DNA from: a virus
IMG/VR virus record: IMGVR_UViG_3300037993_001242
Coordinates: 32,001 to 96,000 of that record
DNA: 64,000 nucleotides
Strand: one strand, 5' to 3'
Shown here: piece after piece, positions 1-10,197 of the stretch
Layout of the letters: each line of letters begins with the position of its first letter
Numbering within the stretch: the first letter of the stretch is position 1
Notes under the pieces: model-generated
What the model was told of the DNA's origin: nothing
Databases searched by the model: none
Seen by the model: only the letters and a program-made list of their open reading frames with translations
Made by a program: the position numbers and the translations under genes

Positions 1-862
1 GCGTCAAGATGTCATCAGCCACCGGCGGGATTTGCAGACCAAAAACTTCTTTCAATTGGGAGAGGATGGCGCTGTGCCGGGAATTTTGTTCGTGTTGTTC
101 TTCGCTCATACTGCGGTAATTGTTGATTTTTACTCGTATGGATAGAACAGCTTCTTCAAAAAGTTCGGGCGCTAAACCGATGCCCTTGGCCATGTGCTCG
201 TGCTTGATCTTGACCGAAGTTTTTCCGGGTTTCTTGTGGAAGTAGGCATCCAGCAGCGCGTAACCGTAGGCCAGATCGTTGGCCTGAATCAATTGCTTAA
301 AAACCAATTTCTCTACTTCGGTCAGCAAGACGGCATATTCATCGGCAACCTCATGCAGCGTTTCGTGAGGGCGGCTGCCTTCGTCAGGCACCTGCAAATT
401 CAAATCGGGATCGTCGAGGCTCAGTTCGACGCTCTTGTGGTATTCCGGCACCGGCGGGGCGTCATCGTCGGGATCGACCACCTTGGGCAGAAAGCGCTGT
501 CCCCGTGGCGGTGGTTTGACTCCAGTGCGCTTTTCGGTGAACCGATATTTTTGCACCCGGCTACGGGCCTGATTGTTGATGGACGCTTTGAAAAATTTGA
601 AGAAGTCGGCGCGACTGTGCTGGCGATCCAGTTCGCCGCGATGCAAAAGTTCGGCCAACTTTAACCGGCCCTCGCCCACCATTTCGTCAAATTGCAGGTG
701 GGGTGACGTGTGGTCGGAAAAGCGCTGGGCGACCGAGGCGATCAGTCGCGAAATGTCCGGCATCATTTCATCCAGCACCGGCGGTCGCAGCGTGGATTCT
801 TTAAAAATCAACGAATATCGGCGGATACTGGGCCGCATCTGCTCGAAAAGTTCAGATGTCAT
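1..862 (-). CDS. Sigma-factor-like protein, partial (runs off left edge)
   Basis: Not in the ORF track; translated by hand from ATG at 862: MTSELFEQMRPS...ISRLIASVAQRF...EGRLKLAELL...DFFKFFKASINNQARSRVQKYR. Resembles sigma70 region 2; open to base 1. Confidence 0.55.
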   Translation of the reverse strand, partial: MTSELFEQMRPSIRRYSLIFKESTLRPPVLDEMMPDISRLIASVAQRFSDHTSPHLQFDEMVGEGRLKLAELLHRGELDRQHSRADFFKFFKASINNQARSRVQKYRFTEKRTGVKPPPRGQRFLPKVVDPDDDAPPVPEYHKSVELSLDDPDLNLQVPDEGSRPHETLHEVADEYAVLLTEVEKLVFKQLIQANDLAYGYALLDAYFHKKPGKTSVKIKHEHMAKGIGLAPELFEEAVLSIRVKINNYRSMSEEQHEQNSRHSAILSQLKEVFGLQIPPVADDILT

Positions 863-1859
863 TATTCTCGTCATAGATCGAGTACTCTCCATAACGCCGG
901 GGATCGAGCGTGTCCACCATTTCTTCAAAAATTTGCTGCGCCGACCGGGGCGTCTTTTTGAATTTTTTGGCGATCTCCGCCACGGCATCCGGGTCTTGGT
1001 CGCTCTTGTCTACAGCGTGATACAGCGCGTAATTTTCCTTGAGCTTGGCCAGATGGTTGATCGTGGGAATCTTCAAGCGCTTGCCGCCCCAGATGGCGAT
1101 CAACTGCTTGATCTGCTCCCACGTGAGGATTTCCCGCAGGTCAACAATGTGATCGTAACTCTCCGCCGCCACAAACAAATCCTGTTCCGTAAATGGCATG
1201 TGGATGCGGTCGTACATGGCGTGCCGCAACGCCGACAGCGCCCATGAATAAAAGAATTTGGACAATTCGTGGCTAATGCCATAGGCGTAGGCCGCTGAAC
1301 GAATGGCCGCGTGCTTGTCGTGCTCGTCGTCGTCAATTACGCACTCGATCAGGTAGCGAATGGCTCCGATCTCCTGTGGATCACCCCAGCGGCAGGTCAT
1401 GTTTTCAATCTTGTCCCGGACTTCCTTGGCCAAATCATGCTTGTCGACCTCGTGATCCTCGACGCCATAAAACTTTTCCAGATGCTCACTGGTGACGTGG
1501 AAACGTTTCCGATACTGGTTGACCTTGACCAGTTCGGAGCGGAAGGCATTTTTGGCACACTTGCTAAACCACGAAAAAAGCCGTCCTTTTTTGGGCTGCC
1601 ACTTGATCAGCCACTTGACGACTTTTTCCTGCGCGGCTCCCACCAAGATCGGCAAATCAACGGTGTAATGAAAATCCTCGTACTGGGCCAACCGCTCGAA
1701 CATGGCCGTGGAACCCTCCACAATCTGCTCCAAGACCAGCATGGCCTCCTTGTGCCGCCCGGCGGCGGATAGTTCCTTCCACTTTACCGCCAGTGGCGTT
1801 AATTGCGAGGCAGGAAAAATGTGCTCGTTTACGTCTGCTTCTTTTTTAACCCTCGGCAT
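852..1859 (-). CDS. Phage sigma-factor-like protein with C-terminal Mor-like segment
   Basis: WQPKKGRLFSWFSKCAKNAFRSEL is region-2-like; C-terminal LTWEQIKQLIAIWGGKRLKIP resembles Mor/C activators. Confidence 0.6.
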   Translation of the reverse strand: MPRVKKEADVNEHIFPASQLTPLAVKWKELSAAGRHKEAMLVLEQIVEGSTAMFERLAQYEDFHYTVDLPILVGAAQEKVVKWLIKWQPKKGRLFSWFSKCAKNAFRSELVKVNQYRKRFHVTSEHLEKFYGVEDHEVDKHDLAKEVRDKIENMTCRWGDPQEIGAIRYLIECVIDDDEHDKHAAIRSAAYAYGISHELSKFFYSWALSALRHAMYDRIHMPFTEQDLFVAAESYDHIVDLREILTWEQIKQLIAIWGGKRLKIPTINHLAKLKENYALYHAVDKSDQDPDAVAEIAKKFKKTPRSAQQIFEEMVDTLDPRRYGEYSIYDENNDI

Positions 1860-1884
1860 ATCGATTTCATCCGCTACAGATGCG

Positions 1885-2661
1885 TTAACCTCGGCTGGCG
1901 CTGGGAATCACCGTCCGACGATTGATTTCATCGATAATTTTGTCCAGCCGTTCTTTGATCTCCTTACCTTCGAGTGTCCGGTCATGAATTTCAAGCAACT
2001 GGGACGCGCAGATCAAATTGCTGTTGACCGCGCAACCAACGGCAAAGGGCACCACGCTATTTTGCGCCTGCGTGGGCGGTGAAGCAACCGTCACCATGAT
2101 CGGCTCCGCCTGATGTGGCTTGGGGCGCTTGGGGCGTTCCGCTGGCGCTTTTTTCTCGGCGGGCGCTGGCGGCGCAGGCTCAACTTTCGGTTTTTCCGCC
2201 TCCACCGGTGCCGTTTTGGGAACCTCGACTTTGGACACGGACTGCCGTTTCCTTCCCGGCTTTTTTGGTTTTGCAGCGGTGGTTTCTGGAACGGCAGCCT
2301 TTTGAACCGCAGGCTTTTGAACTGCAACTTTGCGCCGTTTTTTTCTTGTCTTGGATGCGGCGGGTTCAATTTTCGGCTCAGCCTTGGGAAGTGCCGCCAT
2401 ACTGCCGTTGCCGCCGTGAAGAATCATATCAATTGCCAGTTGGACGATCTTGTCCTTGCCATAGAAACTGGCATCGTGGCCGTTGGCGTGAATACGCTCC
2501 GTCACGTCCACCACTTCCTTCGGAAACTCGACTTTATCCCCATTGGGTTTCAGGACTACCTCGGTTTTGCCGCCCATTCGTGCTTTGAGTGCAGGTTCGG
2601 TTGCGATCACGTCAGCCACCCGCTGGTATCGCATGAAGTTGGGTTTGGTCTCGTCGCTCAT
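1885..2661 (-). CDS. Hypothetical protein, Lys/Pro/Ala-rich linker
   Basis: 258-aa ORF in a co-oriented gene run. Confidence 0.7.
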   Translation of the reverse strand: MSDETKPNFMRYQRVADVIATEPALKARMGGKTEVVLKPNGDKVEFPKEVVDVTERIHANGHDASFYGKDKIVQLAIDMILHGGNGSMAALPKAEPKIEPAASKTRKKRRKVAVQKPAVQKAAVPETTAAKPKKPGRKRQSVSKVEVPKTAPVEAEKPKVEPAPPAPAEKKAPAERPKRPKPHQAEPIMVTVASPPTQAQNSVVPFAVGCAVNSNLICASQLLEIHDRTLEGKEIKERLDKIIDEINRRTVIPSASRG

Positions 2662-2764
2662 AAAAAATTTATTGCAACAGTGTTACTGTCGTTTGTAACT
2701 GGGTTAAAAATTTTCTCAAGAAATTTCGTGACGTATACATGACAAATTTATCCACACCTATTTA

Positions 2765-3298
2765 CTAATTGTCCACCGAGTTATCCACGGCCTCTTCCGC
2801 AACCTCTTCCACGGCCTCCACCGTCGGCAGAATGCGGTTGACTGAATTGCGAAAAGCTTCACGCAAATTAAGCAATTGCTCCGTATAGGCACCGAAGCGC
2901 TCCACCGTGCGAATAAATTCGACGATTTCCGGCGTGCGCGTACTCAGATGAATGCCGTCGTCATCTTTTTCAGCCACGAGTCGCATCAATCCCCGGTGCA
3001 ACATGATCTTGCGCCGCTGTTCGTCGGCGGCGCTCCATGCGCCATAATCAACGACCAGTATAAAATGTGGTTTCTTGGACATGAACAAACGCTCCACCGG
3101 CCCAATGCGCTTGACCGAAACCGCTTCACCTGTACACGGTTGGCTTTCGCCATCCTTGTCCATGCGTATGCGCATACACGGCAGCACAATGATGCTCAGT
3201 TCCCGCAAAGCCTCAAATTCGCTGAGGGCCGCGTCTTCGATCATGCTGGCCACGTCGTGTTCCAGTTCCTTGTCCATGTCGTATTCGATGTTTGCCAT
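2765..3298 (-). CDS. Phage metallopeptidase-like protein, degenerate HExxH
   Basis: FILVVDYGAWSAADEQRRKIMLHRGLMRL aligns by eye to the phage metallopeptidase pattern ending HELxH. Confidence 0.5.
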   Translation of the reverse strand: MANIEYDMDKELEHDVASMIEDAALSEFEALRELSIIVLPCMRIRMDKDGESQPCTGEAVSVKRIGPVERLFMSKKPHFILVVDYGAWSAADEQRRKIMLHRGLMRLVAEKDDDGIHLSTRTPEIVEFIRTVERFGAYTEQLLNLREAFRNSVNRILPTVEAVEEVAEEAVDNSVDN

Positions 3299-3301
3299 AA
3301 A

Positions 3302-4669
3302 TCAGGTCTCCTCTATGTCTTCCACCAGATCATCATCCGCGAGGACGGCCCCATCCAGTCCGGGCGTGTTAAACGTATAGACGACAGCCGCTTGCCAGAG
3401 TTTTTCAATGTCGTCCTTGTGCTCCGCGTAAAACTTGGGCCACTCGGAACGGTACTTGAAACCGGGGTCTTTGCGGCTGGCCCGCCGGGGCTTGACCGCG
3501 TCGTCGTCTTCGTCGAGCGTGGTTTTAACCTGCGCCTCGCCAAAGGTCGTGGGCACGATGCCATTCTTGGCAAATTTACACGTGAAATCCGTGCCCTTTT
3601 CCTTGCTCACTTCGATGAAGCCCGTGAAGATCAGGTTTTCCAGCAAGCTGAATTCGTTGTTCAACCCGCCGTGATCTTTGTCGTAAAGCAGAACCATGCG
3701 GCCATCCCTGTCCTGCGGACGCAGCCGGTTTTTGACCGAATGAAAGGCAATGAGCAGCCCTGCCGGAAACTTGGCGTCGGGCAGCAGCTTGTATTTAGAC
3801 GCCAGCGCTTGCACAAAAATCCGGTGCGTGCTGTAAAACTTCAAAGCATAACCGCCCGGACTCGAAAATTGCCAGCTTTGGGGCGCGCCACTGCCGCTGC
3901 GTCCGCCCGTGACCGGCGCGCCTTGTTGAAATTTGGTGCGCACCTGATTGGTGCAGATCATGCAGGCGTTCATCACGTTCAAGCGCCGGACGATCTTGCT
4001 GAAGCCCTTGCTGATTTCTCCGGGTACACGCGGGAAGTCGCGTTTGCCCCACGCTGCCGCCAGTTCTTCGCGGGAACTGGTGCTGGCAATCGTGTCAACA
4101 ATGATGACGAGAAATTGCAGTTTGGGTTCCTTGCCTGATTTTTCGGCGGCGTCGGCATTGGCGTCGGCCCTTGCTTCGGCACCATCCAGAAAATCGTTGG
4201 TCATCTTGAAAACCCCTTCGATGGTGTCGCAGCGGCCCGTGATGACATCCAGTTTTTTGCCGTCGACAATGAGCTTGTTGTCCTCGTCCAAGGAACCTTC
4301 GTTGTCGATGTAAAGCACCGCCACGTCGTAATCGTCCGGGTTCAGCGGGTGGTAGCTCAAAGTGCCGTTTTCATCCCGGACGACCTGACTGATGCAACCT
4401 TCACGAGCACGGATCGCCGTGCGGATCGCCATCGCGGTTTTGCCGCTGTTTTCCAGTCCGATGTATTCGACAATCCGGCCAAAGGGAAAACCGCCCGATA
4501 CTTCGTCGAATGACGCAATGCCCGTGGTCAGGACATACTTGATCTTCGACAAAATGAGTTTGTTACTGGCCGACACTTCGTACGTGCCCCATTCAGCACT
4601 GCTGGGGGCGTGTCGATTCATGCTGGCCAGCACGAAGTCCTGCAAATCTGCTGGTACTTTTTTGCTCAT
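3302..4669 (-). CDS. recA: RecA/UvsX-like recombinase
   Basis: Walker A GLENSGKT, Walker B IIVDT, ICTNQVR, GGYALKFY. Confidence 0.92.
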   Translation of the reverse strand: MSKKVPADLQDFVLASMNRHAPSSAEWGTYEVSASNKLILSKIKYVLTTGIASFDEVSGGFPFGRIVEYIGLENSGKTAMAIRTAIRAREGCISQVVRDENGTLSYHPLNPDDYDVAVLYIDNEGSLDEDNKLIVDGKKLDVITGRCDTIEGVFKMTNDFLDGAEARADANADAAEKSGKEPKLQFLVIIVDTIASTSSREELAAAWGKRDFPRVPGEISKGFSKIVRRLNVMNACMICTNQVRTKFQQGAPVTGGRSGSGAPQSWQFSSPGGYALKFYSTHRIFVQALASKYKLLPDAKFPAGLLIAFHSVKNRLRPQDRDGRMVLLYDKDHGGLNNEFSLLENLIFTGFIEVSKEKGTDFTCKFAKNGIVPTTFGEAQVKTTLDEDDDAVKPRRASRKDPGFKYRSEWPKFYAEHKDDIEKLWQAAVVYTFNTPGLDGAVLADDDLVEDIEET

Positions 4670-5967
4670 GCGCCACGCTTGGTTAAGCTGTCAATTTTGC
4701 CTTTGATTTGCGTGCCCATACCGCCTCGCCGGGTAACAGCGGGTGGTTCTGGCGCGCCCGCATCAGCTTGCTCCACCGGCGCGTCGGCGGGCGGAGCTTG
4801 ATCGGTCGCCTCTTCCGGCAAATCTTCCTCTTCGCCCACTTCTTCGGGCGGCGCAGCCGTTGCTTCGGAAGCGACGGCCCGTGTCCGATTGGGTGAAGGA
4901 GCCAACTTGGTTGCCGGGGCCGGAACCGAACGACGAACTGGCGGAGCCGGAGCTTCAACCACTTCTGCCGGGGCCGCCGCAGCCGCTGGACGGCGCGGAG
5001 CAGGCTTTTCCGGGTTTAATTCGGGATTGGAATCGTCTTCCGGCGGAGCTTCCGTGGATTCATCAACTGCCGCCGGTGCCGACGTGGGCCGCCGGGCGGG
5101 ACTGGCTGTTGTCCCCCGTGGACGAGTAACCGGCGCAGCCGGTTCGTCGTCGTGCTCCTGATAACCACCTTCACCACCCTCTTCGGCTTCTTCCGGTGCG
5201 GCGGATGTGCGGCGGCGGCGTGCGCCGCCTTCAGGAGCTTCACCGCCTTGCAGTTTGTCAGCCCATTCCTGAATTTTCTGCGAAAAGATGTAAAGTTGGT
5301 CGTTTGTCGGAATCGTAACTTTGGGCAGCTTGATCCCGGCCTCGATCTTCTCGATGTAAGACTTGAAATTGGGTTCTTTCAAATCAAAGATGGGGCCGCT
5401 GTCCTGCTTGTCGAGCTTCATGCCCTTACCCGTCCGTGTTACAACAAAGTCGTTGCCCATGCGGTAATCGAAGACGCTGTCGGGGCTGCGCCGCAGTCCG
5501 GCTTTGTAAAAAGCCATCAATTCCTCGAAACTGCTTTTGTAGTGGGCAAATTCGTACGGCAGCAAGACTTCCCGCATCATTTGAGCCACGCCGTCCTTTT
5601 CAAAAACCACGCAATAGGTCAACCACTGCGGCTGGCCGAACGATTTGAAACCAAACTTGGAAACATCCGGGTCAGGACTCTCGTTGAGCGCCGCTGCCAC
5701 GTCGCAGCACGGGCAATCTGCATCCGGGTCGCCGCCAAAATCCGGCGATGTATTGCGCGGACAGATGATGGGTTTCATGGACAGCCAGTGCTGGGCAACG
5801 CGGGCGAACCACGTACCTTTCGGCCCCAGCTTGGCGGGTAAAAAGCGGATTAACCACATTTTACCACGCTCCATTTTAATGCGACGGCGTGCGTTGGATT
5901 GCGCCTGCAAAAATTGTCCCTCGTAGTCACAGGCTGCGAGGATGTCGGGATTAACATTTGTGCTCAT
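4666..5967 (-). CDS. Single-stranded DNA-binding protein, T4 gp32-like
   Basis: IRFLPAK, CP...CPCCD Zn-like site, long acidic/Pro-Ala tail; lies between UvsY-like gene and recA. Start refined to MSTNVNPD. Confidence 0.7.
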   Translation of the reverse strand: MSTNVNPDILAACDYEGQFLQAQSNARRRIKMERGKMWLIRFLPAKLGPKGTWFARVAQHWLSMKPIICPRNTSPDFGGDPDADCPCCDVAAALNESPDPDVSKFGFKSFGQPQWLTYCVVFEKDGVAQMMREVLLPYEFAHYKSSFEELMAFYKAGLRRSPDSVFDYRMGNDFVVTRTGKGMKLDKQDSGPIFDLKEPNFKSYIEKIEAGIKLPKVTIPTNDQLYIFSQKIQEWADKLQGGEAPEGGARRRRTSAAPEEAEEGGEGGYQEHDDEPAAPVTRPRGTTASPARRPTSAPAAVDESTEAPPEDDSNPELNPEKPAPRRPAAAAAPAEVVEAPAPPVRRSVPAPATKLAPSPNRTRAVASEATAAPPEEVGEEEDLPEEATDQAPPADAPVEQADAGAPEPPAVTRRGGMGTQIKGKIDSLTKRGA

Positions 5968-5968
5968 T

Positions 5969-6466
5969 TTATGTATGTCTGGTTGATGGTGGTGTTGCTG
6001 ATTTTTCGAGGACATCCGGCGGCACTTCAATCAAGCGTCGTCGTGTGGCCTCGGACGTACGTACCAAATCCAATTTGGCGATTATCGCCTCGATCACGCT
6101 GTTGTATACTTCGAGCCAGCGCTTGGCCGAGGCATACTCCGCCGCTGCCTGCGAAACCGACTGATCCAGAAGAACGGCTTTCTTCAGCGCCTCTTCGGTC
6201 ATCTTGTCGCCGTAACCTTTTTCAATGAAACCGCCGTTACGCAACTCGAAATAGACGCGGGCCTCGGTCTCGTTCCATTCCTGTTCGGTAATGGTCAGCC
6301 GTTCGTAGGCATAACCCCGATGAAAACCCAGCCACGCAATGGCGGCGGGAAGCTGTTCGGAAGCCTCTCGAACATCCTCGAATTCGGAATTAAGCAAGTA
6401 ATCAATGTCCAACGTCTCGTTGCCGACCTTGATATTTTTGAGTTTGGGTACGACGATTTTTTTCAT
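5969..6466 (-). CDS. UvsY-like recombination mediator
   Basis: Helical protein with KMTEEALKKAVLLD...AIIAKLDLV; position next to SSB and RecA; ATGA overlap with upstream gene. Confidence 0.55.
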   Translation of the reverse strand: MKKIVVPKLKNIKVGNETLDIDYLLNSEFEDVREASEQLPAAIAWLGFHRGYAYERLTITEQEWNETEARVYFELRNGGFIEKGYGDKMTEEALKKAVLLDQSVSQAAAEYASAKRWLEVYNSVIEAIIAKLDLVRTSEATRRRLIEVPPDVLEKSATPPSTRHT

Positions 6467-7701
6467 TTGGCTTTGAACTGGCCGAGGGTGGCGTTTGCGC
6501 TTTCGACCATGTCCACCTTTTGTAGAACGTGCTTTGGTTCGACCGTGGCCAGAACTTCGCAAACTATTTGACCGCCTGCGCGGGGACATTTGTGGTGCGG
6601 AAATTCAGCGTAGGCAAAACAGGGCGCGTGATTGCAATCGTTCTCATTCCACACCGCCAAATCCATGTAAGTTTTGTCATAACCGATGCGCACCCCCGGA
6701 TCAAGGTTGCCCCACACCGAAACCGCCGGAGTATTGAGCGCCTGTGCGATATACAGCGGCGCGGAATCCAAGCACAACACGCAGGTTGCCTGTTTGATCA
6801 GGGCCATCAACACGCGCAAGGGCGTGGCGTCAATGGCGTTGATCACGCCGCCCCCCAGATTGGCCAGATGATTTTGAAACGAGCCGAAACTCATGTCCGT
6901 GTCCGGGACACGCAGTTTTGAATTGCCCACCACCAACGTCGGCCTGCGCTGGCCAAGTTGCTTGATGATCTCCAGCCATGTCTTGTAATTCATGCAGCGC
7001 AAGGACGAATTGGCCACGGGAGCCACCACGTAGTAACCCATGCGCCGCAGGTCAATTTTGCGCTGGTCAAAGATGGTTTTGAACACCGCGTCCAGATTCA
7101 AAAAATCATCACTGATAACCGTGGCCGAGGGCCGTTTCCAGCGCGGATCAATCTGCTCGTAATCAAAACCCAGTTGTTTGAAAAGCGCGTCGTATACATT
7201 AAGTTGATCCTGCTCCTCGTCGCACTCCGTTACCGATCCCACCAGCCAGTGGTAGTTGTAAAATTTAAGATGGTCGTACTCCAGCGGGCCGCACAACACC
7301 GTGCGGTGGTACAACAGGGGAGAATGCGACAGGACTGCGCCCCGGTCGCTGTAGGCATAGAGATCAACCTTGACATTGCCGCCGGTAACGTGATTCAAAT
7401 AGCCCAGCGGGCCGGTGAGAAAGAGCAGATCGCCGATGCCCCGTTCGCGAAACCGTTCGACCAGTATCTTGGCCCCGGTGATGTTCCGGCCCGCGTGCAA
7501 TTGATTGTGCAGCGGGGCTGAGTCAAATTCGGAAACCGATTCAATATATTGGTGGATGGAAGGAATGCGCGCTGCGTTGATGATGTACCGGCGGTTGGGG
7601 TTCAACAGCCACGTTTCCTCTTCGGTCTGGTGCCAAAGCATCGGTTGATTTACCGTGACAATGACATAATGCGAATTAGACGGCAGTTTGGATGCTTGCA
7701 T
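6463..7701 (-). CDS. Glycosyltransferase family 9-like
   Basis: RGIGDLLF, LIKQATCVLCLDSAPLYIAQALNTPAVSVWG. Confidence 0.8.
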   Translation of the reverse strand: MQASKLPSNSHYVIVTVNQPMLWHQTEEETWLLNPNRRYIINAARIPSIHQYIESVSEFDSAPLHNQLHAGRNITGAKILVERFRERGIGDLLFLTGPLGYLNHVTGGNVKVDLYAYSDRGAVLSHSPLLYHRTVLCGPLEYDHLKFYNYHWLVGSVTECDEEQDQLNVYDALFKQLGFDYEQIDPRWKRPSATVISDDFLNLDAVFKTIFDQRKIDLRRMGYYVVAPVANSSLRCMNYKTWLEIIKQLGQRRPTLVVGNSKLRVPDTDMSFGSFQNHLANLGGGVINAIDATPLRVLMALIKQATCVLCLDSAPLYIAQALNTPAVSVWGNLDPGVRIGYDKTYMDLAVWNENDCNHAPCFAYAEFPHHKCPRAGGQIVCEVLATVEPKHVLQKVDMVESANATLGQFKAK

Positions 7702-7719
7702 CGTCGTGAAAGAACGGAA

Positions 7720-9294
7720 TTACTTTGTGATGTTGTCCGGCAAACCAAGATAAGGATGCAAAGACACGGGAAGCTGTTGAATTTCATCGGAGCGCCAGTC
7801 GCGCACGGTTGGCCAAATCTGGTACTTCTTGTACATGTGGGCGTTCTTAAGGCCCGGCTTGACGTTGGGCAGGATGTTTTTCAGCCAACCCTCGAAATCG
7901 TAATCAGGATCGTCGTAATGACCGGAACGCCGATGTTTCCTGATGGTTTCCTCCATGGTGCGGCGCGTACCGGTGAAGTGATAAATGCGAGGAAAAGGAA
8001 TGACCGTCTGCCGGACGGTAGGCGTGCGGCAGGACTTGAAAATAATGGTACCACCGATGTATACGACAGCCAAGTCCTGCGCCATTTCAATGGGATAACC
8101 GGGCAGACCAATGACCGGAATCATGTAGGTACTGATCGCGGTGTGCCCCTGTTCAATGTAGGGTTGAAGCATTTCCAACGTCCCCCGCATCCAAAGTTCA
8201 TCGCCGTCGACTATCAAAATGTTGTGATAACCAAGGCTGCGCACCCAAGCCAAACTGTCATTGCGCACGCGGGTTTCGACCGTCAGCCGATCATCGCCGG
8301 TAAACCGGTATTTTTTAACGTCAAAAGTCTTTTGATGCACGGTCAGGCCCAGCGCCCGAACCTGCTCGGCCACCTTGTCGACTTCACCCGTGTATACAGT
8401 GTCTATGGCCTCCCCCGACCAGTACTCGTTGGGCTGGGCAAAAAAGAAAATTTTAACCCCTTCCTCGGCCAGTCGCTTGCAAACTTCCAGCAGGCACAGG
8501 TCATCCTGCGTCACTTGCATGTAGGCCACGAATTCATCATTCTTTTTAGCTTCGGGCTTGACCTCCGTTTCCGCTGTATACACCGGCGCTTTGGGGCCGT
8601 CATCCAGCGGAAAACCTCTGGCTTTGCGAAATTTGAAAAGCATTTCCCCGGCATTCCAGCGCTCTTGGGAGGCGTGAGCGCGATCCACGTCATCCCGCTC
8701 GCGTTTGCCACAATCCGGGTGGATGTGCTCAAACAACAGGTGCATGGCTTCAATCACCACACCGTCGCGGTAAGCGACTTCGGTAAACTCGGTGTCGTTG
8801 AACATCGACTGATACTTCGGATACCAGAGATAGCCAAATTTGTCGTAGCGGGTGCGGGTGAAAATGGCCAAGGTGCAAAGATCGCGCACATAACCGTCAT
8901 TGATGTGGATGACCCGGTCTTCGTCCAGCCACGTCTTGGGTTCGAGCGCCAGCAGGACTTCGTCCCAATTGGGTGGTGGCATGAAATCGTCGGCCACGGC
9001 AATGATAATCTTTCCGGTGGAAATCTCCGCTGCCGCATTCCACCCGGCATTGCAGTTTTTCGGCCCTTTATTGACTGTGGTTTTGGCCGAACGACAAGCT
9101 CCTGACAGGACGGCGGCATTGGTGGCTGAACTGGCAGCGGCCAACGAAGCGATGTCGCCATCGTCCACCGCCACGCACCATTCGATGTCATGAAGTTTGG
9201 AGCGCGAATTCCATAACTCCATTACTTGGGGGATCACCTTCGGTCTGACCGAAGTGTATACGAGAGAAAATAATGGGACGCTTGTCTCAGCCAT
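7720..9294 (-). CDS. Glycosyltransferase family 2-like, two domains
   Basis: AVDDGD, CNAGWNAAAEISTGKIIIAVADD, second IVDGDE motif. Confidence 0.75.
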   Translation of the reverse strand: MAETSVPLFSLVYTSVRPKVIPQVMELWNSRSKLHDIEWCVAVDDGDIASLAAASSATNAAVLSGACRSAKTTVNKGPKNCNAGWNAAAEISTGKIIIAVADDFMPPPNWDEVLLALEPKTWLDEDRVIHINDGYVRDLCTLAIFTRTRYDKFGYLWYPKYQSMFNDTEFTEVAYRDGVVIEAMHLLFEHIHPDCGKRERDDVDRAHASQERWNAGEMLFKFRKARGFPLDDGPKAPVYTAETEVKPEAKKNDEFVAYMQVTQDDLCLLEVCKRLAEEGVKIFFFAQPNEYWSGEAIDTVYTGEVDKVAEQVRALGLTVHQKTFDVKKYRFTGDDRLTVETRVRNDSLAWVRSLGYHNILIVDGDELWMRGTLEMLQPYIEQGHTAISTYMIPVIGLPGYPIEMAQDLAVVYIGGTIIFKSCRTPTVRQTVIPFPRIYHFTGTRRTMEETIRKHRRSGHYDDPDYDFEGWLKNILPNVKPGLKNAHMYKKYQIWPTVRDWRSDEIQQLPVSLHPYLGLPDNITK

Positions 9295-9318
9295 AAGTTC
9301 GTTCTTAAAAGAACAGCA

Positions 9319-9777
9319 ATGCGCGAAATTGACCTGACAAATACCGATAAAAAAGCTCTGATTGACGACTCCGACTTTGAGCGCGTCAACCAGTTTCGTT
9401 GGCTTTTGCTTAAAAACGGATATGTCATGTCGAATTCAGCAGAACATCTTTATCTACACCGATTCATTTTTGGCGTGAAGATAAAAGCAAGAGTTGATCA
9501 CAAGGATAGAAATCCTTTGAATAATCGGCGGCACAATCTTCGGTCGGCAACCAACAGCCAAAATCAAGCCAATGCAGCGAAACAACAATCCTACAACAAC
9601 CACGCTGTTACATCTAAGTTTAAAGGTGTTTCTTGGTATCCACGTCATGCCAAATGGCGAACAACCGTCGCAGGTAAACACGTCGGCTATTTTAACGAAG
9701 AATTAGAAGCTGCTGCGGCTTACAACGAAATAGCACTAGAAAAATTTGGAGAATTTGCACTTCTAAATGTATTTTAA
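9319..9777 (+). mobile_element. HNH homing endonuclease with AP2 domain
   Basis: YLHRFI, VDHKDRNPLNNRRHNLR, SKFKGVSW...GYFNEELEAAAAYN; AT-richer than flanks. Confidence 0.9.
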
Positions 9778-9778
9778 T

Positions 9779-10006
9779 ATGCGCACTGACTTTGAAAAAG
9801 AGCAGTTGGCCCTGAAGTTTCAGGCCAATGTCATCAGCAACCGGGGCATGGCCCTGCTGCTGGCCGCCGAACTGATTCAGGAATATCGGGCATTGGTGCA
9901 ACAACTGCTGGCTCACAACGAAAAATTACTGATGGCTTTGAATGAAAAAGAAAATCCTAAGCGAGATGGTGGAGCAGTACCAACAGCGCCAGCACAGGCT
10001 GCCTGA
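9779..10006 (+). CDS. Hypothetical coiled-coil protein
   Basis: 75-aa ORF directly after the HNH gene. Confidence 0.5.
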   Translation: MRTDFEKEQLALKFQANVISNRGMALLLAAELIQEYRALVQQLLAHNEKLLMALNEKENPKRDGGAVPTAPAQAA

Positions 10007-10196
10007 AAGGATTGTGATTCATCCGTTGGCGCTGGTGGCCCTTGGGATCAGGCGGTCGGTAGCTCCGGTATGGAATGGCATCCCGGTGGAATGCCGAGAA
10101 GTGTCACCGGCGGAAGGTAAAAAGGGAGGAAGTCGGCTGGGAGTATATTTGGAAGCAAAGAGGAAGGAAGCCGCGCTAGTTAGCTTTGACTGTTAA
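9966..10196 (+). CDS. Hypothetical protein
   Basis: Short ORF in the plus-strand run. Confidence 0.5.
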   Translation: MVEQYQQRQHRLPERIVIHPLALVALGIRRSVAPVWNGIPVECREVSPAEGKKGGSRLGVYLEAKRKEAALVSFDC

Positions 10197-10197
10197 T

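Noticed and set aside
4700-5250. GC-rich quasi-repeats
   Set aside because: They encode the Pro/Ala/Glu-rich tail of the SSB, not a DNA repeat element.
194-9105. Long plus-strand ORFs (e.g. 2876-4138, 7549-9105) and similar ones at 44396-45679 and 49059-50009
   Set aside because: Antisense shadows of well-supported GC-rich genes, with no motifs.
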